The notes under the pieces were generated by a model. That model ran no database searches. It worked only from the letters and a program-made list of their open reading frames with translations, and was not told where the DNA came from. A DNA stretch of 57,735 bases from a virus (Duplodnaviria > Caudoviricetes), in the IMG/VR virus record IMGVR_UViG_3300028837_001890, positions 1 through 57,735 of that record; one strand, given 5' to 3'. Shown piece after piece: positions 19,219 through 28,327 of this stretch (its first letter is position 1; each line of letters starts with the position of its first letter). A program made the translations under genes and the position numbers.

Positions 19219-20070
19219 TTACTTTCCTCTATACTTAATTAATTCCTCTATACTAAGTGTCTCTTTAACACGTTTATCTTTTAATAATATTTTAACTGTC
19301 TTCATATGATTAAAATATACAGCCCATTTGATAGCTTGATTATTATTGGCTGTAGGATTAACACTTTCCTGACTACATAAAAACTTAACAACCTCAGTAT
19401 GCCCATTATGCGCCGCCCAACGAATCGCATAATTATTATTACTAGTTAAATCATTTAAAGGATTAGACATTAAATATTTAATTATCTCTAACCTCCCTTT
19501 TGCCGCAAAATCACAAATAAATTTATTATTACTTTCCTGAAAATTAATTATCTTATTATTAATTAAATATTTAATTGTTTCTATATGTGATATTTTTATA
19601 TTTAGTGTATACGTTAACCACTGTAATAAAACATTTAAAGTTATATTGTTATTTTGAAATAACTGTTTAATTTCATCTACAGTATTATTTTTAATAACAT
19701 CTGCAAGCCCATCTATATTTTTATGACGCACACAATTTTCAAAAAACACTTCGGAATCTGAATCAGGATCATACTCACTCTCTAACTCTTTAATAGTCTT
19801 ATCTGTATACTCTTTCTTAAAATCTATATTAAAAGCGTTAATTATAGACGGCTCAATAGATAACCCATCTGCTAAATCACCTGTTTTATAAATATATAAA
19901 TAAAGGTCTTTTAATAATTTTTTATCAAAAGAAGAAAGAAATTTTAAACTTTCTTCCAAGGTGAGAAATACACTTTGTATGTTTCTATTATAATATGAAC
20001 AGGTTTCCCAACCGTCATTACATTCTAGCTCCTCTATTTTTTCTTCTTTTACTATATATACATTACTCAT
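19219..20070 (-). CDS. ankyrin-repeat protein
   Basis: NNNYAIRWAAHNGHTEVVKFL, NNNQAIKWAVYFNHMKTVKILLKDKRV. Confidence 0.9.
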   Translation of the reverse strand: MSNVYIVKEEKIEELECNDGWETCSYYNRNIQSVFLTLEESLKFLSSFDKKLLKDLYLYIYKTGDLADGLSIEPSIINAFNIDFKKEYTDKTIKELESEYDPDSDSEVFFENCVRHKNIDGLADVIKNNTVDEIKQLFQNNNITLNVLLQWLTYTLNIKISHIETIKYLINNKIINFQESNNKFICDFAAKGRLEIIKYLMSNPLNDLTSNNNYAIRWAAHNGHTEVVKFLCSQESVNPTANNNQAIKWAVYFNHMKTVKILLKDKRVKETLSIEELIKYRGK

Positions 20071-20099
20071 AATACACCTCTATTTGTTAAAAGGGTTAT

Positions 20100-20128
20100 A
20101 TCATATAGTAAATAAAATTAAATGTCAA
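20100..20128 (-). promoter_or_regulatory. sigma70 promoter
   Basis: TTGACA-17-TATGAT. Confidence 0.75.
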
Positions 20129-20491
20129 GGTTAATTTTACTTGTTTTTTTAATCTGAAAAATTTCCTTAAGAGAGGGTTTTTAAAAATTATTGATATTAC
20201 TCTAAATTATGCTATACTTGACGCGTCAAATAAGATTGTTTATAGGCGATAAACGTACCGCCTGTTGGCACTTATCAAAGCCCTCAAATAGACTAATATT
20301 TGAAAACTTAGTATGCAGATACGCTGAAGACTCTTATTTAGACTTAATTATGCCCGCAAGCATTGTTATATCTAATCTTCAGCACCTGCGCCTATTCCAA
20401 TAAAAAATTTCCTTAAAAGCAGCTTTTTAGAAAAAAAGCTACACATAATCATTTTTGAAAAAAGTGTTTTCTAAATTTATTTCTAATAAAG

Positions 20492-20570
20492 TTATCCACA
20501 AGTTATTAACAGGCTGTGGATAACCTGTGGATAACTTTTTATTAATAACTTGTGGGTAACCTGTGGATAA
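20492..20570. promoter_or_regulatory. DnaA-box cluster
   Basis: TTATCCACA at 20492; TGTGGATAA at 20515, 20526, 20562; near-matches at 20503 and 20551. Confidence 0.85.
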
Positions 20571-20581
20571 GTTCTAGAGAT

Positions 20582-20684
20582 TATACAGTACAAAAGATAT
20601 ACAGTACAAAAGATATACAGTACAAAAGATATACAGTACAAAAGATATACAGTACAAAAGATATACAGTACAAAAGATATACAG
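20582..20684. repeat. 16-bp tandem repeat x6.4
   Basis: TATACAGTACAAAAGA, perfect copies. Confidence 0.95.
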
Positions 20685-20777
20685 GTACCCCTCTTATTTA
20701 CGAATCAAAAAATCAGGTACCCATCTTATTTACGAATCAAAAAATCAGGTACCCCGCTTATTTACGAATCAAAAAAT
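20682..20777. repeat. 32-bp tandem repeat x3
   Basis: CAGGTACCCnnCTTATTTACGAATCAAAAAAT. Confidence 0.95.
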
Positions 20778-20992
20778 TTTTTTTTAAGTCTCACGGGGGA
20801 GTTATGTACAAACATGCTTATAACATACCATTAAAATAACGCTACCAAAAGGGTCTCTTTTTATCCGCTTTTTAAAATTCTTCCTGTTTAGGTTTCATTT
20901 TTATAACTCTTGAATCTTCAAGTAATAACTTAACTTTAGAAAAAATGCAGTTTCTTCTCTCGTTAACAGATAATTTACCTGATTTGAAATTT

Positions 20993-21262
20993 TCATTTTT
21001 CCTCCTGATTTTTATGTTTATATTGACGTGTAGAAGTACACCTTTGGGCAGTTTCCTTTAGCCATTTTTTAACATCTTCAACATCATATCTCACATGATG
21101 ACCGATTTTGTAAAACGGGATAACGCCTTTACCTCCAGTCCATCTCTGGCGTTGCAAAAAACTGACTGACTTACGAATTAAAAGCGCAACTTCTTTCTCA
21201 GAAAGAAAACCAAATCTTCCTGTACCACAAGCATCTAAAAATTCTTCCTGTTTAGTTTTCAT
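20993..21262 (-). CDS. excisionase/AlpA-like HTH protein
   Basis: LSEKEVALLIRKSVSFLQRQRWTG..IPFYKIGHHVRYDVEDVKKWL. Confidence 0.85.
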   Translation of the reverse strand: MKTKQEEFLDACGTGRFGFLSEKEVALLIRKSVSFLQRQRWTGGKGVIPFYKIGHHVRYDVEDVKKWLKETAQRCTSTRQYKHKNQEEK

Positions 21263-21311
21263 TTTTTAAGCTCCTCTGTTAGATTGAAATTTATTTAACC
21301 AATGAAACCAA

Positions 21312-21340
21312 ATTATATTATAAATAGAGTCATTTGTCAA
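21312..21340 (-). promoter_or_regulatory. sigma70 promoter
   Basis: TTGACA-17-TATAAT. Confidence 0.85.
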
Positions 21341-21641
21341 TAACTTTTATCCCAACGTAGCATTGTAATCGCATAAACATTTACTTTTTTACCTGCTTTT
21401 TAACAGTTAAAATCAAATTATTACGCTTTTATAACTTAATTTAATAACCTCTGCTAAATGATCTCTAAAATGTCTGACAAGTCTTTTTCTGTTTTTTCTA
21501 TCCGCTCCAGCTAAAAAAATAATGCCTAAGAAATTTTTAATCCTTACTTTTTTAGCTAAATGATACTGCTATTAAACACTATTAATAATACTTGAATACT
21601 GTTTATATACCAGTAATAAATACAACTCAAAAAAACATTTC

Positions 21642-22552
21642 GTATCAAACGCAACCCAGTTTATATCAAATGCGAGGTATTTTAAACCAAAAAAATTAAT
21701 ACGGCGTAATCAACTAACTTACTGATATACTTAATTAAATTATAAGCTTAAAAAAATAAGGTACAATTTTGGTGACCATCAAGTATCTGATAAATTTACT
21801 AAATTAAAGGTTGTATCAAATGCGACATGTGACTTTAAATGCGTGTTTTGGCGTAATTACTTGATTATATTAAGGAAATCAAGGTGTCGTTGTAAACCAT
21901 GGTATCAAATGCAAGTTTACAATAACGCATTTGATACCATGTAACTCTCTGATTTAATTAAGAAAATCAACCTTTTCTTAAGGTTCGTATCAAACGCAAA
22001 AGTTTTTAAAGAGAGAGAAAAAACAAAACAAAAAAATTAAGTGTTTAAAAGTTGGGCGTCAAACTCTCATTTTTTGAAAAAGATGAGCTTTGTAAAAACT
22101 TTTGCGTTTGATACCGTCATTTTTTACTATGCTAATATATATATTATATATATATATATCAATGGGATATACTCGTATCAAATGCGGGTACATTTACCAG
22201 AAATCGATTTTGCATTTGATACGAACCTTAAGAAAAGGTTGATTTTCTTAATTAAATCAATGGGCATTTCACGAAAGTGCGTTTGATACGGAATGCCGGA
22301 AACGAAGTTTTCCCGAAAACTATTGGCTCTAGGAGCGAAAACTTTTTTTCACTATTCTGCGAAGACGCCAACGGCAGTACTTGCCGAGATTCGATTCTTC
22401 TCGTTTTATATACAGAGCGGGTTTCCGAGTTGCTTAGAAAGTGAACAAATCGAAAAAAGACTAATTAAATCAAAATGTTATTTTTTGTACACAAGATTTA
22501 ACCAGTACAAAATTCTTCCAAACTGTATAAAAAAAATACCGGTATTTGATAC
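21642..22552. repeat. dispersed GTATCAAAYGC motifs with nested inverted repeats
   Basis: about 11 copies in both orientations; 52-bp IR 21950-22001/22208-22259. Confidence 0.85.
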
Positions 22553-22624
22553 GAAACACCCTTATTTCCAGTAATGCTTTTTCATTTTTTTGCTTTTTTT
22601 TTACTTTTTTAAAAACACTATACT

Positions 22625-22827
22625 TTTCTATACACTTATGATATGTTTGTTTAATTTTTACAGGGGGTTACAAGGATTGTTCAAAAAAGCATCAAAAATA
22701 TTTCTATACAACTTTTGTATGTTTGTTTAATTTTTACAAAGGGTTATTAAAATTTCTTTTAAAAAGTGTTACAGCGGCAAAAAAATATTTCTATACACTT
22801 ATGATATGTTTGTTTAATTTTTACAGG
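22625..22827. repeat. three ~40-bp spaced direct repeats
   Basis: TTTCTATACACTTATGATATGTTTGTTTAATTTTTACAGG at 22625 and 22788, variant at 22701. Confidence 0.85.
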
Positions 22828-22884
22828 TACTTGTGGAGTTTTGTATATTTCTTATACTAGATTTTAAAAAAGAATGAAAAAATC

Positions 22885-22954
22885 TTGACAGGCGTAAAAC
22901 AATTTGGTATAATCAAACCTCATTTAACACTTCGTGTTAAATGAGGTTTGATTA
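22885..22954 (+). promoter_or_regulatory. consensus promoter overlapping a perfect 21-bp hairpin
   Basis: TTGACA-17-TATAAT; stem 22910-22930/22934-22954. Confidence 0.8.
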
Positions 22955-23209
22955 CAAGGACTTTAATAACACGCAAAAGAAAAGAAGTAAAACAATTTAG
23001 AGTTTTTCTTTTGAAGCCAGTCTCTGTATTTCATTAGTATATCCTTAGACTTAATTCTATCGTGTCTACAAGGTTTTTTTATTTTAAAGGTACTAGCCTA
23101 TTCTCTTATACGTTTTAATTAAGCGGACACAACAAAAAAGCCCTCTATTTTACATAGAGAGCTGTGAGTTATGAGTATAGTTTTTATTATTATCTTACTG
23201 GGAAGTAAT

Positions 23210-23494
23210 TTATATGCAGCCTCCACAACAACCGTGCGGAATTTCTTTATTAACAGCATCGATAACTGCTTTTTTTTGATTTTTTGGAAAATTTGAAGGC
23301 CATTCTTCAATTGTCCATAATCCTGTTTCTAAATAATCATTCCAATCATCATCAAACCAATAAGTTCCACCGCTTTCTAAACAATGAGACGGAAAATGCC
23401 ATACTTTATTATTTATTGTAACAATTAGTGTTCCGCTGCATAAATTTGGATATGCGCCGTCGTAGATAATTTTAATATTGTTTTTATCACTCAT
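23210..23494 (-). CDS. phage protein
   Basis: YDGAYPNLCSG...HGCCGGCI. Confidence 0.75.
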   Translation of the reverse strand: MSDKNNIKIIYDGAYPNLCSGTLIVTINNKVWHFPSHCLESGGTYWFDDDWNDYLETGLWTIEEWPSNFPKNQKKAVIDAVNKEIPHGCCGGCI

Positions 23495-23769
23495 TTTTTT
23501 AATTCCTTAAGAAGCGTATTGTATTTTATCCAGCCGATCAGGCGCATATTTTTATTCATGAATAAGAGGGGGTCGGATTTTCGCCATTTGAAAGGTTTGC
23601 GCTGCATGAGGCGTTGTTTGAATTTAACCGGGAGTTTATTGAAATCCGGGTGATCCTCGGTTAATTGTAATTTTGCATATTTAAAATCCGGATTTTTTTC
23701 TTTGCACAGGTCGATAAACGTTTTTCGTTTAGGGTCTGGTATTTGATAGTTAAATTGAGTTTGTTGCAT
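23491..23769 (-). CDS. hypothetical protein
   Basis: GGAGG RBS, own promoter at 23793-23821. Confidence 0.7.
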   Translation of the reverse strand: MQQTQFNYQIPDPKRKTFIDLCKEKNPDFKYAKLQLTEDHPDFNKLPVKFKQRLMQRKPFKWRKSDPLLFMNKNMRLIGWIKYNTLLKELKK

Positions 23770-23810
23770 GTTAGACCTCCCATGTTAGAATCATTATATA
23801 CCAATTAATT

Positions 23811-24272
23811 TCATTTGTCAAGTAATTTCTTTTTTTGATAATACTCTTTGCTGTATTTTTTTAATTTTTCTTTATTATTTTCGTAATATTTTTTTTCATA
23901 TTTTTTAATTTTATCTTTGTTTTTTTGATAATACTCTTTCCAGTATTTTTTTAATTTTTCTTTATTATTTTCGCAATATTTTTTTTCATATTTTTTAATT
24001 TTATCTTTGTTTTTTTGATAATACTCTTTCCAGTATTTTTTTAATTTTTCTTTGTTTTTTTGATAACACTCTTTCCTGTATTTTTTTAATTTTTCTTTAT
24101 TATTTTCGTAATATTTTTTTTCATATTTTTTAATTTTATCTTTATTATTTTCTTTATATTTTTTAATTTTATCTTTGTTTTTTTGATAACACTCTTTCCA
24201 GTATTTTTTTAATTTTTCTTTATTATTTTCGCAATATTTTTTTTCATATTTTTTAATTTTATCTTTATTCAT
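23811..24272 (-). CDS. Lys/Tyr-rich 11-aa repeat protein
   Basis: repeated KKYYENNKEKL-type units; AGGAGG RBS. Confidence 0.7.
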   Translation of the reverse strand: MNKDKIKKYEKKYCENNKEKLKKYWKECYQKNKDKIKKYKENNKDKIKKYEKKYYENNKEKLKKYRKECYQKNKEKLKKYWKEYYQKNKDKIKKYEKKYCENNKEKLKKYWKEYYQKNKDKIKKYEKKYYENNKEKLKKYSKEYYQKKKLLDK

Positions 24273-24395
24273 TGTAAACCTCCTTTAAACGCTTAATAAG
24301 CAAATAAATGCAGTGCAGGCGATGACTGCCACAAAAAATAATAATGCGCCAAAAGCTTCGTATAGAAATGTTTTCATGTTATTAATCCTCCTTTG

Positions 24396-24605
24396 TTAAA
24401 GTTTTAAATTTTGTATTAAATAATTAAATTCATCTTGAGTAATAAGATTATGGTCAAGACATTTTTCAATTGTACAAAGAAGAGTTTCATCGTTAAGTTT
24501 ACTTTTTTTAATACGTTGTAACAGTTTACTGTATAAACTATTACGTCGCTGTGAAAATTTTTTTATTACATTTTCAATTTGGTCACTTAATTTTTGATGA
24601 TTCAT
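24396..24605 (-). CDS. hypothetical protein
   Basis: GAGGAG RBS. Confidence 0.6.
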   Translation of the reverse strand: MNHQKLSDQIENVIKKFSQRRNSLYSKLLQRIKKSKLNDETLLCTIEKCLDHNLITQDEFNYLIQNLKL

Positions 24606-24618
24606 TTTATTCCTCCTC

Positions 24619-24810
24619 TTAGTCGTTAAAGTTTAATTCCGGGCATTCGCTGTCGCTGTCGCTGTCGTCATATTCACAATCATATTCTTTATAATCGCTA
24701 CAGTCCGGCATTTTTTCATAGCACGATTGGTGTTGTGGTGCAATTAAATGCTCTACAATGTGCTTATAAGCATTGATGTTGTAAAGCATTGCTATCGTTT
24801 GGCTGTTCAT
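24619..24810 (-). CDS. small acidic protein
   Basis: AGGAG RBS, promoter at 24845-24873. Confidence 0.6.
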   Translation of the reverse strand: MNSQTIAMLYNINAYKHIVEHLIAPQHQSCYEKMPDCSDYKEYDCEYDDSDSDSECPELNFND

Positions 24811-24862
24811 TTTGAATCTCCTAGGTTAAAAATTAAAACAATTATTTATATACCAATTAAAG

Positions 24863-25051
24863 TTAGTTGTCAAGTAATTTCTTTCTTTTATTATAGTTTT
24901 TAATAATGTCTTTCCAGTCATTTTTCTTTTTTTCTCTATAAATTTTTCTTTTTTCTTTATTTTCTTTATAATATTTTTTCTTTTGGCTTAATATTTTATC
25001 TTTATTTTCTTTATAATATTTTTTCTTGTATTCTTTTTCTTTAAAAGTCAT
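24863..25051 (-). CDS. Lys/Tyr-rich repeat protein
   Basis: KKYYKENKDKI units; AGGAGG RBS. Confidence 0.6.
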   Translation of the reverse strand: MTFKEKEYKKKYYKENKDKILSQKKKYYKENKEKRKIYREKKKNDWKDIIKNYNKRKKLLDN

Positions 25052-25409
25052 TTTTCACCTCCTGTGCTGAAAAATTAATGAAACATTGTAAGCCGCGATT
25101 AAATGACGGATATGTGTCGGTTCGTAGGCGATGAATCCACATTTCGTAGATTCCGGCAGTTAATCTATAAGGTCGGATAAGTTGTTTTAAAAGTTTTCGT
25201 TTTATCTTTTTTTCTGGTGTGTGTTTAAGCAATTGATGAATATCCTGATATTTTTTATGTAGTAAAACAGTATGCCATGAATCGTCGTTAACAATTTTTT
25301 CTTTTGTTTTAAAGTTTTTTTCAGTCATTATAAATATAGTACCGTGCGTAAGATTATAATTTGCGTCAGCGATTTGCCGACATGCAATATAGTACTGATC
25401 TTTAGTCAT
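25041..25409 (-). CDS. hypothetical protein
   Basis: start moved to MTKDQ after AGGAGG RBS. Confidence 0.6.
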   Translation of the reverse strand: MTKDQYYIACRQIADANYNLTHGTIFIMTEKNFKTKEKIVNDDSWHTVLLHKKYQDIHQLLKHTPEKKIKRKLLKQLIRPYRLTAGIYEMWIHRLRTDTYPSFNRGLQCFINFSAQEVKNDF

Positions 25410-25410
25410 T

Positions 25411-25824
25411 TTAAATAACCTCCTTTTTATTAGCCAATGGGAAATCATCGTTAGTGTCGTACCCTTTATTTTCTAATGCTGTATAAAAACAGTTTCGCAA
25501 ACTAAAAAATGCAATACTAGCTATCATCCCAAAACATAATCTTTCCCATAATCCTTCCCATAATTCTGTATCATTTTCGACCCAGGCAAATTTTTTCGCA
25601 TATTTAAGTATTACAGTACAATCTGTGGCTGTGTCGATTAAATCATCAAATGTATAATTAGTTACTAATTTTTGTTTTATGAGTTTTCCAAAAATACTAT
25701 CTGTTTCATCAAAAACAGCATCTAATATAGTTTCTCGTTTTGTGTCAGCGTTATAATTATTTATAATATCGTCAACGGAGTTGTTTATTGCATTTTCGAT
25801 ATCGTTAAAAGTTAATGTTTTCAT
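25411..25824 (-). CDS. hypothetical acidic protein
   Basis: start moved to MKTL after AGGAG. Confidence 0.65.
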   Translation of the reverse strand: MKTLTFNDIENAINNSVDDIINNYNADTKRETILDAVFDETDSIFGKLIKQKLVTNYTFDDLIDTATDCTVILKYAKKFAWVENDTELWEGLWERLCFGMIASIAFFSLRNCFYTALENKGYDTNDDFPLANKKEVI

Positions 25825-25840
25825 TTTCATTTCTCCTGTG

Positions 25841-26248
25841 TTAGTTAATATTGTTAACAATTTTTTCAATAACGGAATCTAAATAAATCGCCTGGCCGCA
25901 ACATTGCCTACCCCAATAATAATTTAGCTCATCATTAATAATAATTTCTTTATTTTCTTTTAATTTATTAGCTAGCCATGAGTCAATTATATGCCACTCA
26001 AAAATTTCTTCCTCGTTTTCTTCCTCGTTTTCTTCCTCGTTTTCTTCCTCGTTTTCTTCCTCGTTTTCTTCCTCGTTTTCTTCCTCGTTTTCTTCGTATA
26101 AATTTTGTATATCATCGTAGCCAAACGGGGTATCATTATATTCTAACGATTTTTTTAAAACATAATCTATTAGGTTTGTAACGTTTGCAAATATGTGAGC
26201 GTTAACAAAGTGTCTGCATTTGTCCTGTGTTTCTTTTGTGTTTATCAT
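25841..26248 (-). CDS. phage protein with (EEEN)n acidic tract
   Basis: IFEWHII..WLA..WGRQCCGQAIYLD; 12-nt repeat near 26008-26095; start corrected to ATG after GGAG. Confidence 0.75.
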   Translation of the reverse strand: MINTKETQDKCRHFVNAHIFANVTNLIDYVLKKSLEYNDTPFGYDDIQNLYEENEEENEEENEEENEEENEEENEEENEEEIFEWHIIDSWLANKLKENKEIIINDELNYYWGRQCCGQAIYLDSVIEKIVNNIN

Positions 26249-26293
26249 TCTTATTTCTCCAGTGTTAGTTAATAAAAGCACATTACAACTACA

Positions 26294-26322
26294 GTTATAT
26301 ATTAGTTAAAATCACTTGTCAA
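26294..26322 (-). promoter_or_regulatory. sigma70 promoter in duplicated promoter+RBS cassette
   Basis: TTGACA-17-TATAAC; identical copy at 26867-26895. Confidence 0.8.
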
Positions 26323-26353
26323 GCTTTTTCGTACGATTTTTAAAATATTTTTA

Positions 26354-26821
26354 TTAATTAAATTTATTAATCATTTCAACTAATTCTAATAATTCAAATT
26401 CTTTTTTATCGTAATTTTCAGAATTCGATTGCCTAGCCACGTATATCGATTCGTTTGGATAATCATCTATTTCAATTTCAATATTATTTTTTTCTAGAAA
26501 ATCAGAATAAAAATCATCTATTATTGTGTATAAATCGTCCTCAATTTTATCTGAATAATCGTTATCATCGTCACAAATCCAGTCCAAATTATCATCAGAT
26601 AATTCAAATATATATCCGTCGGATAGTCGGCTATCGTAGTATTCTGGATCATCATTTCTGTCAATTGAGTTCATGCTATGCAGCGCGTAACATATTTCGT
26701 CCCAGCTCAAATCATCTCGTAATTCAATTAATTTATCTACGATTTCGCCGTGAATTTTTTTCAGTCCCTGGTGTAAAATTTTAGAATCAAATTTCCATAC
26801 AATTTCGTCTATATAATTCAT
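26354..26821 (-). CDS. highly acidic protein
   Basis: about 43 D/E vs 14 K/R by hand count; start corrected. Confidence 0.75.
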   Translation of the reverse strand: MNYIDEIVWKFDSKILHQGLKKIHGEIVDKLIELRDDLSWDEICYALHSMNSIDRNDDPEYYDSRLSDGYIFELSDDNLDWICDDDNDYSDKIEDDLYTIIDDFYSDFLEKNNIEIEIDDYPNESIYVARQSNSENYDKKEFELLELVEMINKFN

Positions 26822-27034
26822 TCTCATTTCTCCAGTGTTAGTTAATAAAAGCACATTACAACTACAGTTATATATTAGTTAAAATCACTTGTCAAGCATT
26901 CTTTTACGATTGCATATTTTTTAAGCAAGTTAGTTTTACACCTATATAACATATCGTGTGCGCGTGAATATCGCAATTAAAGTCATTTGTCAAGTCTTTT
27001 CGTATTATTTAAACTTTCTTTAGGGTGTCAGTTA

Positions 27035-27063
27035 ATTATATAACAGTTAAAGTCATTTGTCAA
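27035..27063 (-). promoter_or_regulatory. sigma70 promoter
   Basis: TTGACA-17-TATAAT; weaker related copy at 26965-26993. Confidence 0.8.
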
Positions 27064-27162
27064 GTAATTCTCTGTGCTAAATATTTCTTGACTTTCTACT
27101 ATTATGTGTTATTATATATAAGCTAATTTCTCTAAATTAGTGTTAATAATAAAAGTTAGTTG

Positions 27163-27189
27163 GGCGTAGTTTTCGGACTACGCCTTTTT
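27163..27189 (+). terminator. rho-independent terminator
   Basis: GGCGTAGTT-TTCG-GACTACGCC followed by T-run. Confidence 0.85.
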
Positions 27190-27203
27190 AATTTGCGGAC
27201 GTT

Positions 27204-27500
27204 GTAAACTAAGATATATTGTTTTAAGTTTACTATTCATTTGTAAACTAATCTTTCTATTCGTAAACTAATCTTTCTATTCGTAAACTAATCTTTCTAT
27301 TCGTAAACTAATCTTTCTATTCTTAGGTTTACTTAGCAGCCCTTTCTATTCGTAAACTAATCTTTCTATTCTTAGGTTTACTTAGCAGCCCTTTCTATTC
27401 GTAAACTAATCTTTCTATTCTTAGGTTTACTTAGCATATTCTTAGGTTTACTTAGCAGCCCTTTCTATTCGTAAACTAAGAAATAATATTTTAAGTTTAC
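27204..27500. repeat. composite tandem repeat with GTAAAC/GTTTAC cores
   Basis: GTAAACTAATCTTTCTATTC units interleaved with TTAGGTTTACTTAGCAGCCCTTTCTATTC units. Confidence 0.9.
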
Positions 27501-28047
27501 TGCGTCTGCGTTGTTTGCTAGGTTTTCTGTAATTAATTTCTGTACAAGGAATGCTTTTTATTAATCGGTTTACAGTTGTTTAAAATCTGTGCAGATACTG
27601 ACGCACGCAAAAAATTCTACGCTACAACGCATCAACGTGTTCAACTTAGGAACTCCTAAATAATATCTATTCATATTTTAATTTTTAGTAAAGTTTCTAG
27701 GTGTTACGATTAGTTTATATCATAGTAGGTATATAGGCAGGCTGTGAAACTGATTATGCACTGTAAGGGCTACAACTAGGGGTACACATTGCACACCAGG
27801 TTTTTTAGTTGATTGTATAATATTTATACAGTAAAAATTTTTCTAGAAATTTTTTCTAAGCAATTGTATGTATTTTGTACATTAAGAAAGCGCCGTTATC
27901 TTTTTAATGTAGTTTTTCATCATTAATATAAAAATCAGGGGATTCCTTTTTTAAAACTATTTATTTTATTAAATTTACAGTTAATAGTTAACAGTTTAGC
28001 ATCACTGGTATATAATATATTTTTTTAGTTAATAGAAGGTAAAGAAT

Positions 28048-28260
28048 ATGTTTGGAACATTCCAATGGGATGAAGTTATTTTGAATCAGAGATTATCTAT
28101 AGTTGATGAATATTTAAAGTTTAATGTGGCGCCTAAGAACGCCGAAAAGATCAACAAAACAGTTAAAAAAACGGTTTCAAGAGATGCATTTTTCAAAGAA
28201 TGTTACATTAAACGTGTATCACCTGTGATTACCAGACGAAATAAGTTTAAAAGCGTGTAA
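28048..28260 (+). CDS. hypothetical protein
   Basis: AAGG RBS. Confidence 0.5.
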   Translation: MFGTFQWDEVILNQRLSIVDEYLKFNVAPKNAEKINKTVKKTVSRDAFFKECYIKRVSPVITRRNKFKSV

Positions 28261-28327
28261 TTTACTTGACAATTTATTTTATTTAGTATATATTATGGTT
28301 TTTATTGACTAAAAAAGGATAAACAAA

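Noticed and set aside
20552-20839. + strand 95-aa ORF
   Set aside because: Translation of DnaA boxes and 16/32-bp repeats
22041-22574. Two + strand ORFs
   Set aside because: Lie within the motif/inverted-repeat region, with no RBS or recognisable features
22625-22827. Mini CRISPR array
   Set aside because: Only three repeats, middle one degenerate; spacers are unequal and share their ends (GGGTTA...AAAAATA); no palindrome
27241-27480. CRISPR array
   Set aside because: Intervening sequences are themselves repeated, so there are no unique spacers
27595-27612. Self-target of array 1 (TGACGCACGCA resembles the concatenated dinucleotides)
   Set aside because: Short, needs a gap and does not fit the NNx rule; no self-target was spotted by eye, though the scan was not exhaustive
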